Positions 1-7,987 of a stretch of DNA of 64,000 nucleotides are shown in pieces. The DNA lies in assembly GCA_963663385.2 (NCBI GenBank), contig CAXXXD010000003.1, positions 672,001-736,000 of the forward strand, read 5' to 3'. Each line of letters starts with the position of its first letter. Position 1 is the stretch's first letter. The position numbers and the translations under genes were made by a program. The DNA is from Oceanispirochaeta sp. (GTDB taxonomy: Bacteria > Spirochaetota > Spirochaetia > DSM-2461). The notes beneath the pieces are model-generated. The model was given only the letters and a program-made list of their open reading frames with translations, was not told the DNA's origin and made no database searches.

Positions 1-66
1 GGTTCTCCTGATTCGATTGTCGGTGGATTTACAGAGGCAGTTTACGTTAATTTTCCCCGGACGCCT

Positions 67-828
67 CTATTTGAGAATCAGTTCTATGGGACAGTGATCA
101 CTGCCCAATACTTCCTGATGGATAAGGCTGTCTTCCACCTGTTCCATAAATTCCGGGTTTGCGCACCAGTAATCGATCCTCCATCCCACATTCTTCTCAC
201 GGGCTTTCATGCGGTAGGACCACCAGGTGTACTGTTCCGGTTCCTTGTGAAAATGACGGAAGGTATCCACCCAGCCGGATCCGGTAAAGTGGTCCATCCA
301 GGCACGTTCTTCGGGCAGGTAGCCGGGATTTTTCTCATTGCTCTTGGGGTGGGTCAGGTCTATGGGTTTATGGGCCACATTGTAATCCCCGCAGATCAGG
401 ACATTCTTTCCTTCCTTCACCAGGGTATCCGCCAGATTATGAACCGCTTTGTTAAAACCGATTTTATAATCCAGCCGGGCCCCTTCATGCTGTGAGTTGG
501 GGAAATAGCAGTTGATCAGGGTAAACTCTTCAAATTCAGCCACCATGGTGCGGCCTTCCGCATCATATTCCGCTATGCCTAAATTGCTTACGGAAATAGG
601 CTTTTCCTTTGAGTAGAGGGCTACTCCGCTGTATCCCTTCCTTTCGGCTGATACAAAATAGATATGGTAACCCTTTCTTTCCAGAAAGTGGGGTTTCAGC
701 TGTTCCGGCCGGGCTTTGGTTTCCTGAAGACAGAGGATATCGGGACAGAAATCCTCCATCCACTCAAAAAGTCCTTTGCCCTCTGCGGCACGGATTCCAT
801 TCACATTCCAGGATACAAGTTTTTTCAT
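67..828 (-). CDS. xth: Exodeoxyribonuclease III / AP endonuclease
   Basis: SWNVNG, LCLQETK, GYSGVA, GDYNVAH, YTWWSYR, GWRIDY and SDHCP motifs. Start moved to MKKLVSW (828), which has a GAGG RBS. Confidence 0.95.
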   Translation of the reverse strand: MKKLVSWNVNGIRAAEGKGLFEWMEDFCPDILCLQETKARPEQLKPHFLERKGYHIYFVSAERKGYSGVALYSKEKPISVSNLGIAEYDAEGRTMVAEFEEFTLINCYFPNSQHEGARLDYKIGFNKAVHNLADTLVKEGKNVLICGDYNVAHKPIDLTHPKSNEKNPGYLPEERAWMDHFTGSGWVDTFRHFHKEPEQYTWWSYRMKAREKNVGWRIDYWCANPEFMEQVEDSLIHQEVLGSDHCPIELILK

Positions 829-925
829 TTCTACCTCGCTATCCAAAGAATAGAAAACCCTGCTGCAGGTGTCAACAGATTGTATGAATTAAGGATTTTT
901 ATATAAAATGGATTGGATGTGTCCG

Positions 926-1261
926 CTAGATCGCTTTTATAATCAGGGGGATAAACCCGCCCAGCATGGTAATAAACAGGGCTGAAAGGAACCCGTAGAG
1001 TCTGTTGAATCTCTGATTCATTGTTCTCTGGAGTTCTTCAAAACGTCTGTCAGAGTGCTGCATCATCAGCTCCAGCTTTTCATTCTGAAATTTAAGCTGT
1101 TGTTCCACTGTCACCATTCGTTCCAGTAATTCCGTATCCCTGCTTCTTTCCTGCTGGGGATAGGGGAATATATTCTGCTCTTTTATCCACTGGCCGATAT
1201 GGATCTTTACATAGTTCCCTATCTGTTCCAACTGATTCTGATCCACCTGCGCTTCTCCCAT
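926..1261 (-). CDS. Hypothetical coiled-coil protein with C-terminal membrane anchor (DUF1640-like)
   Basis: GAGGAG RBS; heptad-rich 'DRRFEELQRTMNQRF' followed by a hydrophobic C-terminal helix. Confidence 0.6.
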   Translation of the reverse strand: MGEAQVDQNQLEQIGNYVKIHIGQWIKEQNIFPYPQQERSRDTELLERMVTVEQQLKFQNEKLELMMQHSDRRFEELQRTMNQRFNRLYGFLSALFITMLGGFIPLIIKAI

Positions 1262-1408
1262 TATTTTACTCCTCTATTATAATTGGTATTTCCTGTTTAA
1301 TACAGGGATTTGGTTATATCTGCTTCAATAAATCAGTTTCGAAAGATGATTCATTGACTTCACAGAAATCTGATAGGATACTCTGTAAACATAAAACAGG
1401 AGGCTTAA

Positions 1409-1486
1409 ATGGGGGATTCTGAACAAAGCGTGTTAATCGGCTGCATTGCAGACGACTTTATCGTGGATACGGCGGTAGAGGAATAA
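1409..1486 (+). pseudogene. 25-codon remnant beginning like a four-carbon acid sugar kinase (OtnK/YgbK, DUF1537)
   Basis: AGGAGG at 1398-1403, then MGDSEQSVLIGCIADDFIVDTAVEE*. 'LIGCIADDF' matches the conserved family N-terminus (…GxIADDxTGA) but is cut after DDF. Confidence 0.5.
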
Positions 1487-1492
1487 CTTACA

Positions 1493-2068
1493 ATGAACAG
1501 GCTCCCCGTTGAATTTTACCTGCAAACACCCGATCCTGTCGCCCGGGAACTACTGGGAAAAATCCTCTTACGCCGACTCCCGGACGGTACGGTACTTTCC
1601 GGACGGATCTGTGAAACCGAAGCCTACAGCCAGGAGGATCCCGCCTCTCACTCCTATCCGGGTCCGACCAGACGGAACGCCCCCATGTTTGATAAGGGCG
1701 GAATCGCCTATATTTACCTTATCTATGGAATCCATCACTGCTTTAATGTGGTAACAGGACCGGCCGGGGAGGGAAGCGCCGTGCTGATCCGTTCCCTGAT
1801 TCCCCTGGAGGGAGCAGAGGCAATGCGGCGGAACCGGGGAGTACACAGAACAGCACGGGATGCTTCCCTCTGTGACGGTCCGGGGAAAATCTGCCGGGCC
1901 CTGAATCTTGATCTGGGCTGGAACGGGCATAATCTGTCCGAAGAGCCTCTCAGGATACTGGACGACGGCTCTACCGTATCTGATAAAGATGTGAAACTGA
2001 CTCCCCGTATCGGGATTACAAAAAATGCGGATCAGCTCAGACGGTATCTGTGGGTTCAGGGTGATTGA
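1493..2068 (+). CDS. mpg: DNA-3-methyladenine glycosylase (AAG/MPG type)
   Basis: GRICETEAY, DPASHS, AYIYLIYG, SAVLIR, GPGKIC and RIGI motifs. Confidence 0.93.
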   Translation: MNRLPVEFYLQTPDPVARELLGKILLRRLPDGTVLSGRICETEAYSQEDPASHSYPGPTRRNAPMFDKGGIAYIYLIYGIHHCFNVVTGPAGEGSAVLIRSLIPLEGAEAMRRNRGVHRTARDASLCDGPGKICRALNLDLGWNGHNLSEEPLRILDDGSTVSDKDVKLTPRIGITKNADQLRRYLWVQGD

Positions 2069-2104
2069 TGTTCTTACGAAATTCATAAATATATATAAAT
2101 CTAC

Positions 2105-2133
2105 TTGACCAGTTTTTACAGCAGGAGTATCAT
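2105..2133 (+). promoter_or_regulatory. Sigma70-type promoter for the leader peptide/aminotransferase
   Basis: TTGACC (2105-2110), 17-nt spacer, TATCAT (2128-2133). Expected +1 is about 2140, the A of the leader ATG. Confidence 0.7.
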
Positions 2134-2139
2134 TGGCCA

Positions 2140-2226
2140 ATGAAATTGCGAGAACAACTGTCTATTAACAGTCATCTCAACGCAGCAGCGGCGGCAGCGG
2201 CCTCTTATGGAGGAATCGCCGGCTGA
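2140..2226 (+). CDS. Attenuator leader peptide with 7 consecutive Ala (MKLREQLSINSHLNAAAAAAASYGGIAG)
   Basis: Read directly: ATG 2140; GCA GCA GCG GCG GCA GCG GCC at 2182-2202; TGA 2224-2226. An intrinsic terminator begins 20 nt after the stop. Confidence 0.85.
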   Translation: MKLREQLSINSHLNAAAAAAASYGGIAG

Positions 2227-2246
2227 GCTGTTAACTAGTTAATTAT

Positions 2247-2281
2247 GCCGCGGTTCCTGAGGGAACCGCGGCTTTTTTTTT
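2247..2281 (+). terminator. Attenuator (intrinsic terminator) upstream of the aminotransferase
   Basis: Perfect 11-bp stem GCCGCGGTTCC/GGAACCGCGGC, 4-nt loop, 9 T; lies 51 nt before the aminotransferase ATG. Confidence 0.9.
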
Positions 2282-2332
2282 ACCAGAACAGCAGCGGTTC
2301 CCAAAGGACTCAGGCAGCACAAGGAGTGTATC

Positions 2333-3622
2333 ATGCGTCGAAACATTGTCTGGGAGGGAGCCGATCAGCTCCATTACGAAATTCGTGAAATTGTGGGGAC
2401 CGCCCACGGTCTTCAGCGTCTTGGAAGGGATATTATCTTCGAAAACATTGGAGACCCCGTGCAGAAAGGGGAGGAAGTCCCTCTCTGGATTCGGGATATT
2501 ATTACGGGACTGGCATCTGAAAGCAGCAGCTATGCCTACACCGCTACCGAAGGGGATCTGACTACCCGCCGGTATCTGGCTCAGAGTGTAAACGGCCGGG
2601 GAGGCTGTCAGATTACACCGGAGGATATAATCTTTTTTAACGGACTGGGGGATGCGGTTTCAACGGTATTTGCCTTTTTAAAGAGGGAAGCCCGGGTTAT
2701 CGGCCCTTCTCCGGCCTATTCCACGCTCTCATCGGCCGAAGCGGCTCATTCAGGCTATGCCCATACCACCTATACCCTTGATCCGGATAATAACTGGATG
2801 CCCGATCTGGAGGATCTGGAAAACAAGGTCCGCTATAATGACTCCATTGCGGGGATACTGCTGATCAACCCGGATAACCCTACCGGAGCTGTCTATCCGA
2901 AAGACATACTGCTGAAAATTGTGGATATCGCCCGGCGGTACGACCTTTTTGTTATCTGTGACGAAACCTATGCCCATATTGTCTATAACGGAGCGGACAG
3001 CTGCCACCTCAGCGAAGTGATCGGGGACGTTCCGGGAATAGCCATGCGGAGTATCAGCAAGGAGTACCCCTGGCCCGGCGGACGCTGCGGATGGATAGAG
3101 GTTTTCAACCGGGACAAAGATGAGAATTTCAATGAGTTTATCCAGACTCTGGTTAATGCCAAACGTCTGGAAGTCTGTTCCACAACCCTCCCTCAGCTCT
3201 CCATCCCCCTTGTGTACAGTGATCCCCGTTACTGGGAGCACCTGGAAAGGCGGAACAGAATCTTCGGAGAGCGGGCGGCGGAAGCGGCGGAAATTTTAAA
3301 TGCCGTACAGGGTGTTCAGGTGAATCTTCCCAGAGGCGCTTTCTACCTGACCGTGCTCCTGGATAAGGAGCGGATCCGGAACTTTATCCCTCTGCCCATG
3401 AGACGGGATGTGGAAGAGTATCTCAATGAGAAGATGGGACATGCCCCGGCAGATAAAAAGCTGGTCTACAACCTCCTGGGCGCTGTGGGGATCTGTACGG
3501 TTCCTCTGAGCGGATTCTGTTCAGATCTGCCCGGGTTCCGCTGTACTCTGCTGGAACAGGATGATGCCAAACGCCTTCAGATCTGGCATACCCTTGCGGA
3601 TGCCCTGAAGCGGATGCTTTAA
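2333..3622 (+). CDS. PLP-dependent class I aminotransferase, AlaA/AlaAT-like (probable alanine transaminase)
   Basis: N-terminal YEIR…NIGDP as in AlaA/archaeal AlaAT; INPDNPTG, DETY and SISKEYPWPGGRCGW (PLP lysine); AAGGAG RBS. Confidence 0.85.
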   Translation: MRRNIVWEGADQLHYEIREIVGTAHGLQRLGRDIIFENIGDPVQKGEEVPLWIRDIITGLASESSSYAYTATEGDLTTRRYLAQSVNGRGGCQITPEDIIFFNGLGDAVSTVFAFLKREARVIGPSPAYSTLSSAEAAHSGYAHTTYTLDPDNNWMPDLEDLENKVRYNDSIAGILLINPDNPTGAVYPKDILLKIVDIARRYDLFVICDETYAHIVYNGADSCHLSEVIGDVPGIAMRSISKEYPWPGGRCGWIEVFNRDKDENFNEFIQTLVNAKRLEVCSTTLPQLSIPLVYSDPRYWEHLERRNRIFGERAAEAAEILNAVQGVQVNLPRGAFYLTVLLDKERIRNFIPLPMRRDVEEYLNEKMGHAPADKKLVYNLLGAVGICTVPLSGFCSDLPGFRCTLLEQDDAKRLQIWHTLADALKRML

Positions 3623-3632
3623 AACTTCTTAA

Positions 3633-3779
3633 TTAATAGACGGGCCTCTCCCTGTATCTCCATATACTACCCTGACTGGTGAGTTTCTCCCTGAATTCCC
3701 GGTCGTGGGATACCAGAAGCAGGGTCCCGTCATATTCCGGCAATGCCGATTCCAGAAAGGCTATAGCCGAAAGATCCAG
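3633..3779 (-). pseudogene. C-terminal fragment of an ABC-F family ATPase
   Basis: Minus strand reads LDLSAIAFLESALPEYDGTLLLVSHDREF…*, the post-Walker-B/H-loop signature of ABC-F proteins. The rest of the gene is absent. Confidence 0.7.
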
Positions 3780-3838
3780 CGGAATATTCCATCTGATTAT
3801 CGCTTCCCTCTCCTATATTTAAATGGATATAATGAGTT

Positions 3839-4309
3839 ATGAATCAATTTAAAATACTGTTCGTCTGTCTGGGGAATATCTGCCGCTCTCCTCTGGCTCA
3901 TGCTGTTTTTGAAACAATGGCCGGCCGGGAAGGTCTGGATATATTTGTCGAATCCTGCGGAACCGGGAGCTGGCATACGGGAGAACCGGCTGATTCCCGT
4001 ATGAGGAGCACCGCCCGGGAGCATGGCGTAATCATCGACCACCTGGCCCGGCGCTTTCAACCCTCGGATCTGGATGAATATGACCTTATTGTCCCTATGG
4101 ATAAAAATAATCTGAAAGATCTGAAGCGTTATATGCATCCGGAACACCGGGATAAGGTTGTCCTTCTGCGGGACTGGGATCCGGAAGGTCCCGGGGAGGT
4201 CCCCGACCCCTGGTATGGCGGCCCCGAAGGTTTTGAAACTGTATTCACCATTGTGGAAAGAAGCTGTACCGCTCTTCTGGAAGACGTAAAATCCCGATTA
4301 ATACAATAA
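3839..4309 (+). CDS. Low-molecular-weight protein-tyrosine phosphatase
   Basis: ILFVCLGNICRSP P-loop; VPDPWYG. Confidence 0.93.
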   Translation: MNQFKILFVCLGNICRSPLAHAVFETMAGREGLDIFVESCGTGSWHTGEPADSRMRSTAREHGVIIDHLARRFQPSDLDEYDLIVPMDKNNLKDLKRYMHPEHRDKVVLLRDWDPEGPGEVPDPWYGGPEGFETVFTIVERSCTALLEDVKSRLIQ

Positions 4310-4314
4310 CCCCT

Positions 4315-4455
4315 CTCCCTCTGGGAGAGGGGATTAAGGGGAGAGGGTATTACCAGCAAGCTCCCTCTGGGAGAGGGTATTAAGGGGAGAGGGTATTACC
4401 AGCAAGCTCCCTCTGGGAGAGGGTATTAAGGGGAGAGGGTATTACCAGCAAGCTC
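4315..4455. repeat. 3 x 46-bp tandem repeat of a REP-like palindromic unit
   Basis: Unit CTCCCTCTGGGAGAGGG(G/T)ATTAAGGGGAGAGGGTATTACCAGCAAG at 4315-4360, 4361-4406 and 4407-4452; one mismatch in copy 1. Confidence 0.95.
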
Positions 4456-4471
4456 AGTCAGGAGGTAAACC

Positions 4472-5365
4472 GTGAACCGTAAAAAACATCTGTCCTTGAA
4501 AAACGCCGTTGAATCCCTTTACGGCCCCGGGGTAGAGCCCGGAACCGAAAGAAGTGTCGGTGGGGGCTGTATTAACGATACGGGGATTCTGACCCTCAGT
4601 AATGGAGAAAAACTTTTTATCAAGCGGAACGGGAAAGCCCGGCTGGAACTGTTTGAACGGGAGGCTGACGGGCTGGATGCTCTGGGTGCGGTGGAAGGAG
4701 CCCCCCGTGTTCCGGAAGTGATGGCCCTGGGGGTGGACGGGGCGTTTTCTTTTCTGCTGATGGAGTTCCTGCCGTCTTCTTCCCGGAGAAAGGATTTCTG
4801 GGAGTGCTTCGGCCGGGAAATGGCAGTGCTGCACCGGAACGGCCGAAGCGATCTCTGCGGATTCATCCATGATAATCATATAGGCGCCACCCCGCAGATA
4901 AATACGCCTGTATCATCATGGTTTGATTTCTTCAGGATATACCGGATTGAATATCAACTCAGGCTCGCCCGGGACCGGGGACTGGCCGACAGCACCATGG
5001 TACGCGCTGTGAGCCGGACGGCAGAAAAACTGGATGACTACCTTATACCGCCGGATGATAACAGGCCATCCCTGCTTCACGGTGATCTGTGGAACGGGAA
5101 TTTTCTGGAAGGCCCCGAAGGGCGGGCCTGCCTGATCGATCCGGCTGCCCATTTCGGGCACAGAGAGGCTGATCTGGCCATGACAGAACTTTTCGGCGGA
5201 TTTGACAGGTCATTCTACAGCAGCTATAACGAGGCCTGGCCTCTGGAACCGGGCTATGCGGTCCGGCGGGATTTATATAATCTGTATCATATGCTGAACC
5301 ATCTGAATTTGTTTGGTGGGGGATATGCGGGAAGCGTTCAGGCGATTGCTTCCCGCTATGCCTGA
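4472..5365 (+). CDS. Fructosamine-3-kinase family (ketosamine kinase)
   Basis: GGGCIN, PSLLHGDLWNGN, IDPA…GHREADLAM, LYHMLNHLNLFG. Confidence 0.92.
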   Translation: MNRKKHLSLKNAVESLYGPGVEPGTERSVGGGCINDTGILTLSNGEKLFIKRNGKARLELFEREADGLDALGAVEGAPRVPEVMALGVDGAFSFLLMEFLPSSSRRKDFWECFGREMAVLHRNGRSDLCGFIHDNHIGATPQINTPVSSWFDFFRIYRIEYQLRLARDRGLADSTMVRAVSRTAEKLDDYLIPPDDNRPSLLHGDLWNGNFLEGPEGRACLIDPAAHFGHREADLAMTELFGGFDRSFYSSYNEAWPLEPGYAVRRDLYNLYHMLNHLNLFGGGYAGSVQAIASRYA

Positions 5366-5373
5366 TTAGGCTG

Positions 5374-6543
5374 TCAGCTGATCAGATTCTTTAATACCCG
5401 TCCTTTGACAATTGTAACCAGCACATTGAACTGTCTGTCAAATACGGTAATATCCGCATCGCTTCCCGGGACAAGGGTTCCCAGTTTGGGGAAGCCCAGA
5501 ATCCGGGCAGGGTTGCTCCCCGCCATCTGAACGGCCTGTTCAATGGGAATCTGCCAGGAGACAAGGTTCTGAATTCCCTTGATCATGGTCAGACAGGATC
5601 CGGCAAAAACTCCGTCTTTCTTTTTAAATACATTTTCATCAAGGATTACCTCTTCATTATTGGCTAAAAGAGGAGCACTGTGCTGTTCCGTAGGCTTCAA
5701 CCCGTCCGTTACCAGTACAACCTTGCTGACCGGTTTATCCCTCATTAAAAGCCGGATAAGCTCCGGATGTACATGTTCTCCATCAGCTATGATTTCACAG
5801 GACATTTCAGGATGAATCATAATGGCGCCCACCGCACCGGGATTCCGGTGGTGAAGACGGCTCATGGCATTGAAAAAGTGGGTGGAGTGAAGTATCCCCG
5901 CCTGCATGCCTTCCACCATGTTCTCGTAGGCCGCATCCGTATGACCGGCCTGCAGGGTTATCCCCTTTTTAAGGCAGTAGAGAGCCAGTTCCCGCATCTT
6001 CTTCAGTTCCGGTGCAACCGTCATATTTGTAATCAGGCCTTCTCCCGCCTGATAAAGGCGTTCCATCAGCTCCATATCAACGGGGCTGCAGCCATCTTTA
6101 TTCTGAGCGCCCAGTCTTTTTTCAGAAATAAAGGGGCCTTCCAGGTGTATTCCCAGTATGGATGCTCCCTTCTCCTGACCTTTAGCTTTAACTATGGCCT
6201 TGATAGCCGGGATCATTTTGTCTTCCGTATTGGAGTATATGGTAGGGCAGAAGGATGTTACACCGTATCCGGCCAGTTTTTCCGACATGCCCAGTATGGA
6301 GTTTTTATCGGCATCCTCCGTACCGTAACCCCCAAAACCATGGATATGGGAATCAATAAACCCCGGAGCTATCCAGGCCCCGCCTACATCATAGACCAGG
6401 GCATCGGCAGAGATTTTTTTTTCGTGAAAACGCTTAAGGCTGATAACATCCCCGATTTCGCCGTTTTCGATATAGATACAGCATTTTTCCTGCTGCAGGT
6501 AACCCGTAATTACGGTACCATTGATCAGCCATATATTACTCAT
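5374..6543 (-). CDS. nagA: N-acetylglucosamine-6-phosphate deacetylase
   Basis: PGFIDSHIHG, GIHLEGPFI, TVAPE, AGHT, THFFNAM, IIADGEHV, LVTD. Confidence 0.92.
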   Translation of the reverse strand: MSNIWLINGTVITGYLQQEKCCIYIENGEIGDVISLKRFHEKKISADALVYDVGGAWIAPGFIDSHIHGFGGYGTEDADKNSILGMSEKLAGYGVTSFCPTIYSNTEDKMIPAIKAIVKAKGQEKGASILGIHLEGPFISEKRLGAQNKDGCSPVDMELMERLYQAGEGLITNMTVAPELKKMRELALYCLKKGITLQAGHTDAAYENMVEGMQAGILHSTHFFNAMSRLHHRNPGAVGAIMIHPEMSCEIIADGEHVHPELIRLLMRDKPVSKVVLVTDGLKPTEQHSAPLLANNEEVILDENVFKKKDGVFAGSCLTMIKGIQNLVSWQIPIEQAVQMAGSNPARILGFPKLGTLVPGSDADITVFDRQFNVLVTIVKGRVLKNLIS

Positions 6544-7987
6544 TAATCAACTCCTCCAGTATGGCAGCCCCATCAGAAGGTTTTACAGAAAAAAGCATCT
6601 TCCCGCCTTCAGGGTAATTCAGGTATTTATTGTAGTACTCTTCCAGCAGAGCCTTGCGGTATGTTTCTCCTTTATCTTTATTGACAAGGTGGACACTGCA
6701 TCCTCCGAATCCGGCTCCCGTCAAACGGCATCCCTCCGCACCGTTCTCATTTCCAATGGTAATCAGTTTATCCAGTTCGGGGCAGCTTATTTCATGATTA
6801 TCCCGGCAGCTGCCGTGGGATTCGTTCATCAGGCGTCCGAAGTCTGTTATCCTGTTTTCCAGGAGGGCGTTTTTAGAATCTTCCACTCTGTTCCATTCGG
6901 TCAATACATGGAAAGCTCTTTTGTAGAGCAGGAAGCCTTCTTCGGGTTCGGGAAAATCCGTTCCGTCTTTGCGGTAACACCACTTCCGGTTCAATTCCTT
7001 TTCGTTTACCTTCAGGATGCGGCAGAGTTCTTCCTTTGAATACCCGTCGGTTTTCAAAACTTCCTGCAGTTTTGTTTTCGCACCTTTTCCGCTCTCATAC
7101 CAGGAACCGGAAAGATCTCCCAGAAAATTTATCGCCGGCTGACCTTTTTCTTCCAGAAAACGGCTTATCAAAGCGGCTGCCAGGCGGCATTCGATGCTCC
7201 TTCGGTTGTATTTATCCATTACCTCCCGGGTTTTGGGGGCTTCCACAGTTGAATGGGCCACCAGTATTTCGAATCTTTCGGGCAGGGGGAAGCTGGCCGT
7301 TTTGAGGGGGGCAAAATCTATCTTCACAGCTTTTCCCGCTTCGCCCAACAGGATGGCCGCCTGATCCATTCCGCCTCCCTGGGTTCCCGTATACCGTTCG
7401 GCCCGGGCCAGAAGGTCGGCCAGATCCTTTTTATCCATCCTGCGATTGTTCACATGAAGGAATACCAGGGCAGTTAATACAACCAGTGCGGATGAAGAGC
7501 TCATCCCTGCCGCCGGAGGGATCTGGCTATGGAACATCAGGTTAAATCCGACAGCTTCTTCCGCAGGAACTACAGTTTCCTCAATCAAACCCTGAACGGC
7601 TGCCTTGATATAGTTCGCCCAGTCTCCCCCCGGATGAGGCTGTATCTGCCGACTCAGAAAGAAATCCCGTTCTCCAAAGGCCGGGTTGAAATCAGCGATA
7701 CGGACTTTGCGGTCGTTCCTGGGGGAAAAAAAACCGATAATATCCCTGTCAACCGCCATAGGGAATACGGGACAGTGATTATAGTCCGTATGTTCTCCTA
7801 TCAGATTAATCCGGCCGGGGGAACGAACGGGCAGGAATTTCTCACTGCCGCTCCATTGGCTGAAACGCTCAAAAATCTGTTTATACCGTTCTTTCTGAGC
7901 GGGTATATCTTCTTCCCGATAGATACGGGACATCCACTCACTCCCTTCGGGGCCGGTCAGGTATTCTGTAATTGTTCGATTATTCAT
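6536..7987 (-). CDS. galK: GHMP galactokinase family, long form (possible GalNAc kinase)
   Basis: PGRINLIGEHTDY, PPAAGMSSS, GGMDQ, GCRLTGAGFGG; 483 aa with the 'YNRRSIECRLAAALI' insertion. Confidence 0.85.
   Translation of the reverse strand: MNNRTITEYLTGPEGSEWMSRIYREEDIPAQKERYKQIFERFSQWSGSEKFLPVRSPGRINLIGEHTDYNHCPVFPMAVDRDIIGFFSPRNDRKVRIADFNPAFGERDFFLSRQIQPHPGGDWANYIKAAVQGLIEETVVPAEEAVGFNLMFHSQIPPAAGMSSSSALVVLTALVFLHVNNRRMDKKDLADLLARAERYTGTQGGGMDQAAILLGEAGKAVKIDFAPLKTASFPLPERFEILVAHSTVEAPKTREVMDKYNRRSIECRLAAALISRFLEEKGQPAINFLGDLSGSWYESGKGAKTKLQEVLKTDGYSKEELCRILKVNEKELNRKWCYRKDGTDFPEPEEGFLLYKRAFHVLTEWNRVEDSKNALLENRITDFGRLMNESHGSCRDNHEISCPELDKLITIGNENGAEGCRLTGAGFGGCSVHLVNKDKGETYRKALLEEYYNKYLNYPEGGKMLFSVKPSDGAAILEELINE

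Noticed and set aside
2140..2281. T-box riboswitch (GGAACCGCG resembles the T-box 3' half)
   Set aside because: No UGGN bulge sequence before it, it lies in the terminator 3' arm, and no Stem I is recognisable. The leader-peptide model explains all the segments.
4315..4455. CRISPR mini-array
   Set aside because: Head-to-tail identical units with no unique spacers, and no cas genes in the window.
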